DNA from: Tubulanus polymorphus
Lineage: Eukaryota; Animalia; Nemertea
Assembly: GCF_964204645.1 (NCBI RefSeq)
Contig: NC_134031.1
Location: forward strand, 19,847,910-19,911,909
DNA: 64,000 nt
Reading direction: 5' to 3'
Shown: positions 37,050 to 51,400 of the stretch, piece after piece
Numbering within the stretch: the stretch's first letter is position 1
Layout: every line of letters begins with the position of its first letter
The notes under the pieces: generated by a model
Databases searched by the model: none
What the model saw: only the letters and a program-made list of their open reading frames with translations
What the model was told of the DNA's origin: nothing
Program-made: the position numbers and the translations under genes

Positions 37050-39441
37050 TGTGGTTTATAGGTGAAGCACCTAGATATATATGCAACGGCACTCTCGACC
37101 TTTTTTTTTAAAAAAAAACCTATACAAGATGTGTTTCTCGGTTGTCGGTGCACCTGTATCAATCGAAGCTGTATGATACACAGTGTATTATACAGCGTGC
37201 TCAGCTCACGAGTACACTCCCCTCTCCCCCTCCCCCTGACTGCTGCACGGGGTTACAGGTATAACTACTCGTCAAACATCACCTATAAATCAACTTCTGA
37301 TCCAAACTCTCTCTTTCTCTCTCTAAACTACACTCTAAATATAGCTCGAAATCACATCTCAAAATTGCTGTGGTTTTATAGTAAATCAATGCGTACATCT
37401 TCCTCTCTGTCTGGTCTGTATTTATCGAGAATTATTTGAAATTCATGCACTAGAAAAATCAATCGAAAATCAGATGGTTTTGTATTCGACGGCGAAGTAT
37501 CTTATTAACCCCTAGTATTCATCTTCAATTTTTTGGTTTCATAAAGCCCGCCAAATCAAAGTTCTTATCAAAGTTCTAAAAATAGCTCATAGTTTATTCA
37601 TATCCTGGGTTTGAGACGGTCACTTGTTAATAGAATCAACTCGCGGTTGAAATTCAATGGAATACCTGTTTAAATGAGCGCAGCACATCAACATCATACA
37701 CACTATGATAATCACTGAATTATATTTCCATTTAGTCTACTGCGTATATATCATTATAGAGATAATTAGGGGCCAAATGTCACGTAGGGTTAATACGTTC
37801 CCCAGTAATCCAAGCCAATTACCGGCGTGTCAGTTTTTTTTCTCAGGCCTTTTTAATAATATTCCGGGCGTTTCGAGTCTATTAATCTCGCTCGGAACAA
37901 TGTATATATGTACATTCTACTAACGAAACGTCTCGAGCGTCGACTTCTATTGTGACATTAATCCTCACTTAATCATACACGGAATCGGAAACGAACTATA
38001 GTTCAACTAAGATCCTATAGTTCAACTACGATCTACTTTAAAATACATGGAATTCATTCCGAAATGTTTAGAAATTTAGCTCTGCTTAAAACTCTGAATA
38101 TGAATGGAATATGAGAGCATCTTTTAGAAACATGCCGAGTTCGATTATCCAAATTGCGTCTAGGCGAGAGGTAGTTTTAAACCGGATGAGTTCCTGACTT
38201 AGTTACAATTCCACTTAGTCCGCGGAAAATAATCAGTTTTAAACCGAAGAATCCCGGGGGCAGGAAATAAATGTCTCCAGTTCATCCTTAATGGGACTCT
38301 TAAGGCCGGGGGGAGAGGGTTTACTCCATACTTTTCAGTCAATCGATGTCTATATGAAATTAAACCACGCGAAGTATTCAACATTGTAAATAACAAACTC
38401 CGGCAGGAAAACTTTCGCAAAGCGTGCTATAAAACTCCGTAGAAAGTACGATCTTTCTGCTGATTGACGCCGCCGATGTTTTCAGTATTGTTGCTAGTTA
38501 AGTTACACAGGTATCCGGGGCTCGTTAAGCCGGACTCGTTCTCGTCGTCATCGTACTTACTTCCAGCCAGATCGCCGAACACGTAGTAACACTGCTCTGA
38601 GAATGTGATTTTATTCACCGTATGTCGGATATAGTTCGCTTTCAGCAAGTTGCAGCCGTATTTGCGAGCGTCGCGTCGGTCCGCGAAACCTTCGACGTGC
38701 GTGAATAACCAGTCCACCAAATCGGAACCTGTAATATGAATAATTGAAATAAGTTTTCACCAAAAATTTTCTTTTTAAAGATTTCTAACTTTTACCGATA
38801 AAAAATGAAATCAAAAAAATTTTTGGAATTTTTTTTCAAATATATCGGATCGAAACGGGCAGGGAAATGGTTAACTCGAAGTATCGACGAACGGCTTAAA
38901 AAATTCATAAATTGAAGTGCACCGATTGACTCGCTGCGAGTACCATCGAACGGTAACCCGGTAACTGATTTAAAACTATACAAGTGATTGTGTTGTATAG
39001 AATAGTGAAACACTACGACTCAATGCACCGCGCGGTATATATAGAGAGAGACTCGAGTCTCAACGCGCCAACTCATGATTAATAATCCAATAAATTCATC
39101 ATCACACCCATCGAGGTCAATCCGTCTGATATTAATTTCACGTTTCCCCAAACGATTACATCGACTAATCGCCGATTTTTAAACGCTGCGCGTTAAATGA
39201 AATAAATCATCGACTGTAACCGACGTTGAGCCGACGTTGAGCCACTCTACGAATGAACAAACTGAGTCTGAAATGTTTCGACTAAATGGTAATAGTCATC
39301 TTCAGGAATACTGTATAATTATTCCTAAATATGACTATTAGAATATAGTCGAAACGTCGAATGAATACTAGCTCAAAGAATACCGTATTCCTGTATTCAT
39401 TTCAGACTCAGTTTATTCCTCATATCAAATCCGATCGGCGG

Positions 39442-39472
<31 letters not shown>

Positions 39473-42400
39473 ATAAATGCATTCGGTATCGTAATTTTCA
39501 GCCACATTCGATCGCGGATCTCTAGACCCGAGTCCGGTTGAGCCATCGCCTTCACGATCGTCGCCATATCCATATTCACGTTCAAATGCATCTGTTCTTC
39601 GTAACCTGCGAAAGAAAAAAACGAGAATAATTAATGAATCATCTCGGCAGAATATGGAAACATCTTCACTAGAGAAATCCCACGCGAATTAATTACATTT
39701 TTCGACGCACTGATCCGAATTGCAAGATGCGTCCATGTTTGCCCGACGTACTACCGAGAAACTAGATACGCAATCGGACGAAACGAATATTCTTCGCAAA
39801 AAAAACCGGAGCGTTCGTATTCATCGTCGAGTCGTCTCGAACTGTGAGCGAACAATGAACGAAGGGGGGACCAAACGGTGTCACGATCATTACGATACAC
39901 AGAGACAACCGGACAATTATTCCAAACAACTCATTCCACCGCCGATAAATACATACCACATTCTACTTTAGATTCTATTTTCGTAGCCATGACGAAAAAC
40001 AACTCATCGAAGGCTGTATTATAACTAACGACGATGACCAGCGCGTGTAAACAGGACAGTTCAACGTAGTGTATCGAACCGTATAGGTAAACATGATTTA
40101 AAATACATGTTTGTCTGTCCGTGCGTCTGTCTGTCTGTCTGCGAGTGAGTGAGTGTGTTCACCGAGTACTGCTACACGCGTGCCTGCCTGCCTGCGTGCG
40201 TGCAGCTTTACGCGCACTACCAGATACATACAGAGAGGAGCATGTTCACTACTCGAGATCGAACTGATGTCCACCTCATCGCTCTCTCGCTCTTAGTCTT
40301 AATCAATTCATTTTTAAATAAAGTGTTCTCGTTCTGTGCCTCCCCGAATCGACGCCGTAATAATACAAGACGGCGAATACAGAAATTATTGACGAAATGA
40401 AAATAGATTCGTGAGAATAGAAATCTAGAATCTAGAGAATCACTCGACGACACAACGAGAAGAGAATCGACACAGAGAAAAAGAGATCATAATAGAAAGA
40501 GACTCAAGAGAGGAAACAAAGAGAATCGAAAAAGAATCAAGAGAGAATCGACAAGGTTTACGTAACTTGATTTTAAAACAAGTACCGGTACATAGTCAAT
40601 AGCGCCAGAGAGAGAGAGGGAGAGGGGAAGGAGAGATAGGGGGAAGGAGAGATAGGGGAGAGAGAGGGAGGAGAAGGAGAGATATCCATCGGTATCCATC
40701 CAAACTAGGTGAATATTCTCTCCAAAGGCTAGACTAACCCTTCAAATATCTAATTCCAAGAATTTCATTTTCAAAATTCAGGATTCTCAGCCAGATCCAT
40801 AAAGCTTTCATAGGCCTTTCCTAAAGATCTGTTTTTATTTTTCAAGAATATCACATCTCAGAAACATTAGCCGCATCATAAACACTAGCTATGCTGTATA
40901 TCTTTTTCTGATACAGGTACTTCACAAAATAAACGCAAACAAATGCAATGTTGTAGTATTCTCAAGGATTTCTAATACAATCTCTCATTCACTCGCAATC
41001 TCATCGGTAATCAGTTTTTTCCTCTCAAACCTCGAAATCTGTTTCTCTGAAGCCTATTATTATCAGTATCGGCTACTGATATCAGACCTGAGCGTGTGCT
41101 TGCAGTTGATTCACTATCGAGAACTTGTAAACTGTCAGAAACTAAGTGAAACCTACAAATCATCGCCGAGGTGGTGGCTGAGAAACTATTCAACGATTTA
41201 CCAGATTTACTGTCCGTCTAATACTATTGATTTTCACAAGTAGTTGATTTATGAAACATAAAAAAAAGAAACAACTAAATAATGTACATCATCCGCTGAA
41301 ATAGTATCAATTATACCTATAGTACTCGAATAGCTGTGGCTGATTTATACAAGGTGCCGTCACTTTCTGCCCATCTACGAATTCCAAGAGTTTACCCCGA
41401 ATTTTCCATTTGATTACATAAAAGAATCAGAGAAATTTCTAGGTTTAATATGTTACGATTCTTTCATTTTTCATTGAAATATGTAAAAGACAGGATCGAT
41501 GTTAATCAGACTGTTCAATTTTCCAGTTCAATTGCTGCATAAAACAACCACCTAGACATTACTAACCGATCACAGAAGAACTAACGCTTGCCCAATAAAA
41601 CTAGATGAACTGGTAATCTATGTAAAATGTCCAATACGAAGTGAAAAGATCCATTGTGTAGTTAAATCTACATTTTACATGCAAAACACATATATAGATG
41701 CACAGGAAGCAAATTATCTTGAACTTAGAGAAGTGGCCGAATTCCCTGCCACAACGCAGGCAGCTCTAACAGATCAGTGAATCCAAATACCCTGATATTA
41801 CCCTGGCCTCTGACCAAATGTTCCCTGATTAAATTTTAAGATATCCTCAGTGGGGGCTGTTTCTTAACTAGAGGTTCATTGTGCCACTCATCGGTGAGAA
41901 CAATGAGACACAAAAATTTGATCTCGCCAACCTAGTTCCTGATTTTCGCCAACAGGGAAAAATAAATCTGAAATTCCTGATCTGTAAGAACCGTTAGAGC
42001 ACTAATAAGAGACAGTGTTTTCAATAAGAGCCAGGTCCCAGGTCCCAGGTCCGTCTGTTGTTTGTAAAGGACCCGCCTGCTTTTTCAAACCAGCCTTCGT
42101 TTCAGGGACTGTGACATATAATGGGACATTCCTGTTTTTCAAAGAGACCTGGCTTGTTTATTTCTTATTGAAAACACTGAGAGAGAGGGAGTAATAAAAC
42201 TTACGTTCTGATTCAGGTATTGAACTGGTAATTGAAGAACTCGTTGACGTCATCGTACTCAACGACGGACTCATCGGGTTGATCGGGCCGCGATTACTAC
42301 CCGGGGCGCCACCTGGCGGCAGTTCGCCGCGCATCGCCGTCGTATGAGCGACCCACGCCGATGGATCGATCGGTCGAACCGGCTCCTGACGCGGAATCGT

Positions 42401-45400
42401 AAAATATCCCTTCGGATTCGGGTCCCAACACTTAGCTACCACTAGAGTGATAGGACTGCAAAATAAACAACAAACTCATTATTAATTACCTGATTCAACA
42501 CTCTAAACTGGTTCAGTAATAAACCTGTATGAGATCCAGGGATCAATTGTAGTTGCGACTAAGATTTAAAACCAGTCTGAGCTCATTGTGGTTGTATAAA
42601 CAGTCTAACAACTTACGACCAGTCTAAGCTCATTTTAGTTCTATAACCAATCAAACAATTTCAGTCTAAGATCATTTTGGTTCTATAACCGACATAACAA
42701 CTTAAAGACAACTTAAAGCCCCCAGTCTATGCAAATTTTGGTTCTATAACCGATCTGACAACTTAAAGACCCAGTCTTTTTTGGTTCTGTAACCAATCTA
42801 ACAACGCTAATAGCCTACAACTGGTCCCAGAATATAGGCCTAACTAATCTAATGATTTTAAGAAATCAGGGATAGCAACAGCATTTTCATGAGTTCATTC
42901 TTGGAAAGTGCTGTGGAATCCACACAATAAATGAAGCCATGTACTGAAACCACACTACGAATAGTTCTACAGTTAAACTGCCCCCATACTGGTTAACATT
43001 CACTTGTATTCCATCAATTCATCCATGTTCAGATAAATCTCTCGCGCGCTATAAAAACTTCCCCGCGATATTTTTACGGAACGAATGCAATTAAGATTGT
43101 ACGACAAGCGGGGAGTCGGTCTGCCGCGGACCCGGGCAGACCCGGGGAGTCATGTACCGGTGTAGACACAGGTTCGTGATCTATGCCGTGTTATTACATT
43201 GAACTGCATCAACACCTTCATAAAAATACCCTTAAAATAAAACATCTGTTTCTGACTCTTCCACTCTTCGCTGCCAATCAAAACATCACTGACTCTTTTA
43301 TTAACCCCTAAACTGTTCAATAAATTTTGCACCTTAATCATGCCATAAAAACCGTTAAAATAATGTTTAAACATTGATACCTAATACGCATTATTTAAGG
43401 GGTTCTGTGTGAGTCGATGTGCACTACGTCAATATTAGTGTTTCAAAATAACAATTACAATTGTGAATTTTGGGATTTATTTCGTAATTAGATTACATTT
43501 CAAAAAGCTTATTCTTCTCGAGAGAATGTGTACTATATCATCAAAATATCTGTCAGTGGTCAATTCAATTTTATCAATGTTGACAATATTAAGAAATAAG
43601 TGTGTTATTTTTCAAGGCTTCAATGAAATTTTCAAGTTAGTTGTCTTGCTAGATCAATCTTTCAACAAAGCAAGAATTTAGGTTAATGCTTAAGGATCAG
43701 AAAAATACAATTTTTATATTCTAAATCATTCCGGGGTTCAATGGTGATGGTTAGGAATCTTGCCCCCCCCCCCCCCCTAGCCACTCCAGCTGAATGAAAC
43801 CACTGGTTTATGCCTACATTAACTAGCAGTCAAACTTAATGCCTCAATAAACTAGCTGTGAAACAATTAGCAACAAATCAATTCACTGATCAGGGAACAG
43901 GTCTACCAGGTCTACGCGTTTGAATTAAATCCACTTGTCTTAAACAGAGGAAAAAGTTGGCTTAGGTGAAATAAATTGTTGAAATAGTTCAGGGTTAAAA
44001 CTGACATTAAACACTTCACACAATATTGACTAGTAAGCACCCACCAAACCCTGTTAGCTATCATTAACAGTACGAATTGAATCAATTTACGCATAATTGA
44101 CAAATGAGATGAATTTGATACGCCGAGAAGAAGCAATGAAATATACTACCGACTCCCTCTATCAATACCAAACAAAAACGAACGCGGTAAGCATACTCCA
44201 TCTGGTGTTAAAACTTGGAACTAAATGAACCAGACATGACTCAAAAAATGAATGAAATCTAGCTATGACATATCGCTAGGATTTATATTCTATATATAAC
44301 GATCATTGATGTTAGATAATTTCAGTGTGGTTGCTGGAGACTAATAGATTAGTTTGACTAGTCGGGCTGACGATGAAAAACGTGAATACTGACCCTGGTT
44401 TTTGCACAGCTTCCCGTAAAGTTCTGACAGCGTCGTCGTTACTCATATTCTCGAAACTAATCCCGTTTACTTCGAGAATCATATCTCCAGGTTCGATACG
44501 ACCGTCTTGAGCTATAGCACCGCTTTAAAATAACAACAATACGATACGTATTATCAGAGGACAACGTGCTTATCACGGTCGGTATTATCACTGTCACAGA
44601 ATACTTACCCTTTCATGATAGATCCCACATATATTCCACCATCTCCTCCTTTGTTACTTTGGCCGACAATACTTATACCCAAAAAATTCACTGTATCTGT
44701 AAATAAACAGAGGAATCGTAAAACTTAAATTACTATTGATTACACTTCATATTGTAACGAAGACGACAGTTCAGACTTAACCACTATAACCTTTGTGTGG
44801 AATTGGACCCTGGGGCCAGTTGCACAGTCGTGACTTAAGTCCAAAAGTGGTCTTGAATCTTAAGACTGGTCTTAAGTTGTTAGATTGGCTATAGAACTAA
44901 GTTGGTTTTAGACTGGTCTTAAGTCTAAGCCATGACTATGCAACCGGCCCCAGGGACTGAACGTTATACGGTTGGATGAATACTAGTTTAGAGAAGAAAC
45001 TTACCTAAATTGACTGTAACAGTTATAACATTTAGTGACATGGTTGAATCTGTGATACTACTAAATGATGATGCCTGAAAATAGATCATTAAATACGTAT
45101 CATATAACAACGTTTAGTTTTAATAACATATCTAATAATGATTCATGTAGTTACTTACCCTACTAATAGGTGGCATCCTATGCCTGCGTCTCCGCCGCCG
45201 ATGTCGGCCATATTTTGAAGACCTAGCCGTAGTTTCTGTCGTCGTTGAGAATCTAACAATAGAGAGAAGATTTGAACCTACATGCAATATAAGCCATTAC
45301 TATGCAACTGGCCCCTGGAGGTTGTATAATTCTTAAATATTCCCAGGGGAGTTCCTTTTAGTCCTGCGATAATGTCTTTACCCTTTCAGTGCGTCTACAC

Positions 45401-48400
45401 CGCAGTGCGGTGTATGAATTGGTGATGGATTTTGCTAGTACACTGCACTGCGGTGTATTGATGTAATTAGTAATTATCTCTCTCGAAAAATGGCAGCACC
45501 AGTCTAACATAGTGAAATATTAGTAACTAACGATACGCTGCACCATGGTGTAGACGCACTATAGTGCTATTCCCATTATTCAACACACTAGGGTGGAATT
45601 AATCGAAATATTCAAATTATCTCCAGCACTATAGGGTATTAATTAGTCTGCACTGAAAGGGTTAAAAAGGTATTCAGGACAGGAGGCTGAACGCGCCCCT
45701 GCGTTAGTATTACCTGCTAGAAGCAGCATCATCCTCCGAATCAAAGAAACTAGTTGTATCTATATCACTTGTTAGCACCGATGATGACGTATCAAACGTA
45801 TGACGTTCTCGTAACCGTTCTAGTTTACTGTGACCATTTAACCGAGAACCTACAATAAACAAATATCAACATTCATTAACACTAACTCGCCATCTATACA
45901 ATAAACAGCGAACTAAACTAGGTTTCTTCCAAACATCAAAAGTAAAATGCTTCATGTATTTTTGCATCCTGTGTGAATTATGGAGGCAGATATAACATGA
46001 TAAATAATGCCAGAAAGTGAACTTCAAAACAAACTGAAGTAAAATAGCAATAAAATGAAGTTCAAAGCTAGAAAGAGTGTTAAGTAATAGAAATCACTGG
46101 CTGCAAGTCTTCATAGCAGTCATAAGTACATTCTTCAGACTGCGCAACATGTTTTGATATCATCGCCGCAAAAGGATGCCTTGCATAAATGTAACTAGGA
46201 TCGCTGTACGTGGATATATCTTAGAGAAATCAAACCGGCGAAAGAAGAATTTTAAAAATACAGCGCGTTGAAAAAACTAGAAGGGACTGAATTGAACAGG
46301 TGTCCCGAAAACGGAGACATACGCCGAACAAAACCATCGAAAATACAGCAAAAATCAAACGACCAACACAATCGTCAACTCTTCAAATTCAGATTCAGTT
46401 TAATAAAAGCTATATTGTTATGACTGGTTGTAAGAGGGAGGGAGCCCTGCAGCTATAAGAGCTGGCCCGAGGATACAACATAGTGACGTGCGGGCTGTAC
46501 ATGTGAACAAACTGGCTGTAGAGATGCCTACAATAATCACACCTACGAGCGATAGTTAATGGGGCTTCACCGCCGCAGGGTTTAACGCGAGATTCTTTCT
46601 CTCCATAAACAGTCTGATTATGAGATTCATTTTTTATACTTTTCGGGGAAATGGAATAGAGCCTTGGTCCGTAGTAGGAAGACTTTCTAGGATGTAGAGT
46701 TGCTAGGGGAAAGGGGAGAGGGAACAGATGTAAGATAAAGACTCTAATCACCTTCGATATTAGCAGTTTTATGGTTGTGGGTCAGTGGAGTCAGTGCAAT
46801 TATACACGTAATAGCTGGGTGCAAATATCAGAAATAACCATTAAACAATTCACGTAGACAGCAGCCGTGAACGACCTTTAAACCACTCTCTACTGAAAAC
46901 TAGCACCCATAAAACAGGTTCTAATCTGATTCCAATGATTAATTCCAGCTATAAACATAATTCACGTCTCGGGGATAGATTTACCAGCCAGACACTGGTT
47001 CATAAAGAACCAACGTTGAAAGCTACGGATTGCAGTAGTGCACATTTTGATAAATGGTTATTGTTACTCTTATAAATACCAGTTAATATGAAATTCTCTC
47101 AGAGAGCAATCTATTCTTTACTAGACTAACTTTGCTCAGATCCAATATCGCCAGGCAGTCGCATTACAGAGATGTGGGAATACACAATCAGAAAATTGGA
47201 TAAATGACAAGGGACCCGATCCTGCGTGTACGTATTCTGAACTCACGCTACTGAACCTTGCACTAAATGAGAACTCCGTTTATAGTACGGGTCAATATGA
47301 TTCTGATGTCCGAGAAGTTACATCTATTAATTGGTGTCGTGACAAGATTTGATGACAAGACTCTCCAGACACTGACTAGACCGTTTCTAAAAAACGTTTT
47401 AACCCTTTCCTGTTGTATACGGTCTGAAAGACCTCAGAAAACCTACATATATCGCATTTCACATTTGACTGACCATACCTTCACGTACAGTGCAGTGCTG
47501 CCCTCACAATCTATACCATAAATAAGGGTAGATGGTATTTCTGTCAAAAATAATTTCATCGGAATTTATGATTTCAAACAGAGCCTCATGAAGTGATTTA
47601 CCCAAATAATCCCAGCTATATAGAAAAAAAGCCAAGAAAGAGTTGATTGATGCTGGGAAAAACGTGATTCCCTGGAAAATGTTTTATATAACGTAGAACT
47701 TGTGGGAATCGTTATAACGCGTATCATCGCGACGATTCTAACTTACTAGACTGATCATCATCGACGGTAGGCGATAGAGTCCAAGGTCGCAGTATGATCA
47801 GAGTCGTGTGATCAGGGCGCACGATCACGTGATCGCTTACCGGGAAACAACGATATCGTTTTCGACGTTTTTCCGCGCTCACGCAACACGATAATAATCC
47901 TCGAATACCTTCAGGACGAGCCTTTATATTATTGAATACCATTTTGCCTTTTCAACATCGAGACCCGTCGCGAACGTAAATATTCCGTTTACAATCCTGA
48001 ATATTCCTCGCAGATCGGATTTTCTAACGAGAATCTCGATGATATTTTCACTGGTAATTGAAGCTATATCGACCGAATGTCAGTGAAACTGCGAGATGTT
48101 ATTGCACAATCGAGAAACGCAGTTAGACGACGGTTAATATCACGACTGACGACGTGACATCGCCGTTACTGATGAGATGTAGATCTCATGAAGACACTTA
48201 TGGTCACTTACAGCCGGCACGACCGCTAACTAGCTGAGAGAATATTCATTAAATTCTAATTTAAATACAGCGTTATTCGAGGGCCAGTATGAGATAAGGT
48301 GACTCACGACAACCGTCCGAAAGATCGAGAGATGGCTGATCTTTCATTTTCTTAATCACCTATACTAATCAGTCGGCTGCTAATCCGGGCACCTATCTGT

Positions 48401-51400
48401 AATATTTGATCAACGCGCTGGTGGTCACTATGTCACACATAGCACCAGTTATATAACGACATTTAACAGTATCAACAGTACTTAGTTATTAAATATTTGT
48501 CACATAGCTTTCAGAAATACTCCATAAAATGACGTAACTACGGGATTTGAATACAGACTACTTTCACTAAGTAAACACATTCTCTTTTCAGACTAAGTAT
48601 TCGAGTTTTAAGATAGAAACAGTCCATTAATTTTGTGTAATAGACAAATATAAGGAATGTAATTTCCATTAAATACATAAATTAACCCATTATCCGTAGA
48701 AATACTGACAGCAGTGGTCTCATAGTTGACAGGGGAATTCGGAACTTCAGAAATTAAAAATGTCATTTTACTAGATTTTCAAGGATGATTTGTAGCTTTG
48801 TAGCACATAATTTGGTAAAGAAGAGATTGGATTCAGGAAAAAACCTTCTCATTCAATATTTAAAAGTCTAACAGAGAATGAAGCATTTAAATGCATACTG
48901 CTGCTCAGGGCTCAGACATTAGGTGTAAAATAAACCCTTTACCAATTTGCCCTTAACTGAACCAGGACTAGAACCAGAACTAGTGTTCAGTGCACACAGG
49001 TCGACTACCCATGAAAAATCCAAAATTGAAAATGGGAACCAAAACTTAACTAGAGGCCAATTTTGAAGACCTGCCACATAGTAGTATACATTTCAATGTC
49101 TGAAAAGACAATATAAAGTAATACCGCACAGAGGGGCAAATTTAGAAGAACTTGTCAAGTCCCAAAGGGCCACTACGATGTCCAAAATTGCAATATTAGG
49201 TGTACTGCCGCACTGAAATGCACCCATTATCTTTATTGACAAAATGAAAAAAGGCACTAAAAAGCTCTGAAGGACTTGTATAAGTCTCATGTCACAATAC
49301 CAAACACTGAGTTGCGAAACCCGTTTAGAAGGGTTAAGCCAATGATCTATATGTAAGATTTAATGGCAATTCAATTGTACAGCAATTATACGACTCATTA
49401 CACATTGATTATCAATAGTGAATCATCACCATAGACCAGAACACAACACACAACACTGGTTGATCCAATCAGAGAGAGAGAGAGAGAGAGAGAGGGAGAA
49501 TGATTCAACTGGCAATCACCATGCACCGAACAGCAGTAACACACCATTACCTTATAACAATCAACCATCTTATAAAACAGCAAAATTAGCCTTGATCCTA
49601 AACAGACATGGATCAAATCCACTGATTGAACTGGTGGGGTATTGAATAATGATTCAGTCAGTGGTACGGAATACCTCGCATTTATTGAGGCATTTCATAT
49701 TTTGATGGACACACACAATAGTCATACCCTCATAGCTGTTAGCTCAGCAGGTTCACTACATTTTTCCAGCTACAGCGTTAGTAACCGATGAAACGATGCT
49801 TTTTAACTCGATAAAAAAATAACAACCTAGAAACTATCAATCCTAGTTCATCATCCCGATCAAATCCAACTCCAGAGCTGAAATGAATTCATTTCCTATG
49901 TTTTTCATCTTGAAATGGAATTGTCTCTTAGTGGAACCTCGCTAAGACCTTGGATATAACGATTTATCGGTTATGTCAATCCTAGAATTTTGTTGCAAAT
50001 AGGCAATTTTAATAATTTAATTTCATACTAGATATAACGAACTATCGATTATAACGAACATATTTTCTGGTCCCGTGAAATTCGTCGTAATGAGTTGATT
50101 GATTTGAATCGATGTCACAGAGAATTGCGGAACTAGTGCGAGGGTAAACAACTTCAATTCACCAAAACTCAAACTGCATTTAATACGATTCGACGAGACG
50201 TAAAACGATGATGAATATTTCGACGGATCAGAATTTGTAAACGTTCAAACAAACAGCAACGTTTCAAAATACGACTGATTGATCGAAGCGATGAAGGATT
50301 GGGCGAGAAGTGAACGATGTTAGAATGTCAGTTTGCTGAACCCCGCTGCTCCGTGGATACACGATCTCACTTCAATCACTGCCGTACGTCATCGAAATCA
50401 ACAACAATCTCGAAACGAATTGAAACCGAAGACTCGTAAACGATGAACGAAAAACGTTCGGAAATTATGAGTCGTTTCAAGTTAAACCAGTGGAAGAATA
50501 TTACGGTGAAATTCGGTTCAGTCGTAATCGGATAAGTCATCACTATTTGTATTTCCAGTTCTATTTACTAAAGTCATCATTTGGATAATTCGTCAGCACA
50601 ATATCGTCCCAACGTACATTGGAACCCCATAGTAACAAACAGGTTCGATGAACTATTCTAATAATTATATACTGAGGAGAGAATCCCACAATGATAATAA
50701 AAAGTCAGAAAATGAAACTTCGAGATAGTAGTTTATTTCAACATTTCGACTATATCCTAATAGTCATCTTCAGGAATAATGAAGATGACTATTAGGATAT
50801 AGTCGAAACGTTGAAATAAACTACTATCTCGAAACTTCATTTTCAGGACTTTTTATTATAATTGTGGGATTCTCTCCTCATCGCGTCAACACGGATATAG
50901 TGTTCTATCAATCGTAATTACATACTGAACTTAATGAATTTATAAGATTTTCTGGTGGAGTGAAGTTCATAGTTCAAATTGAACAAAACGTAGATTTGAT
51001 TTATACGGTCAACTTCTACAAACTATTGAGCAATTGGTATCGAAACATGTTGTTTTCTGGTAATTATTTACTACACTACGAGTGCAGGAGTGCGGGAGTA
51101 TGAATCATAGTTCAGGTGGCAGCACCGACACCGCTGAGTTACAGCGAGCGATGTTCAACAATTGTTTAACTGTAGCATTTATTCCTTAGGGTCCAATTTC
51201 ATATGATATAACTACAATTTCAGCTTCACTACGTGAAACATAGTGAAGAGTAGAACTGACTTACCATGTCTATGACTGCTGGATCTTACACCGTGAGGAG
51301 GTCGTATAGGATGATCTATTAAAACAAAAATATAATTATTATTTCTTCCACTCCAATCAAGTACATAGTTTGACTAAAAACTGATTAGTTTTGTGTTTAT

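Noticed and set aside
41011-41193. Alternative Dvl exon ending ...RFRGLRGKN*
   Set aside because: The available acceptors put this frame in phase 2, but the upstream donor at 42204 is phase 1.
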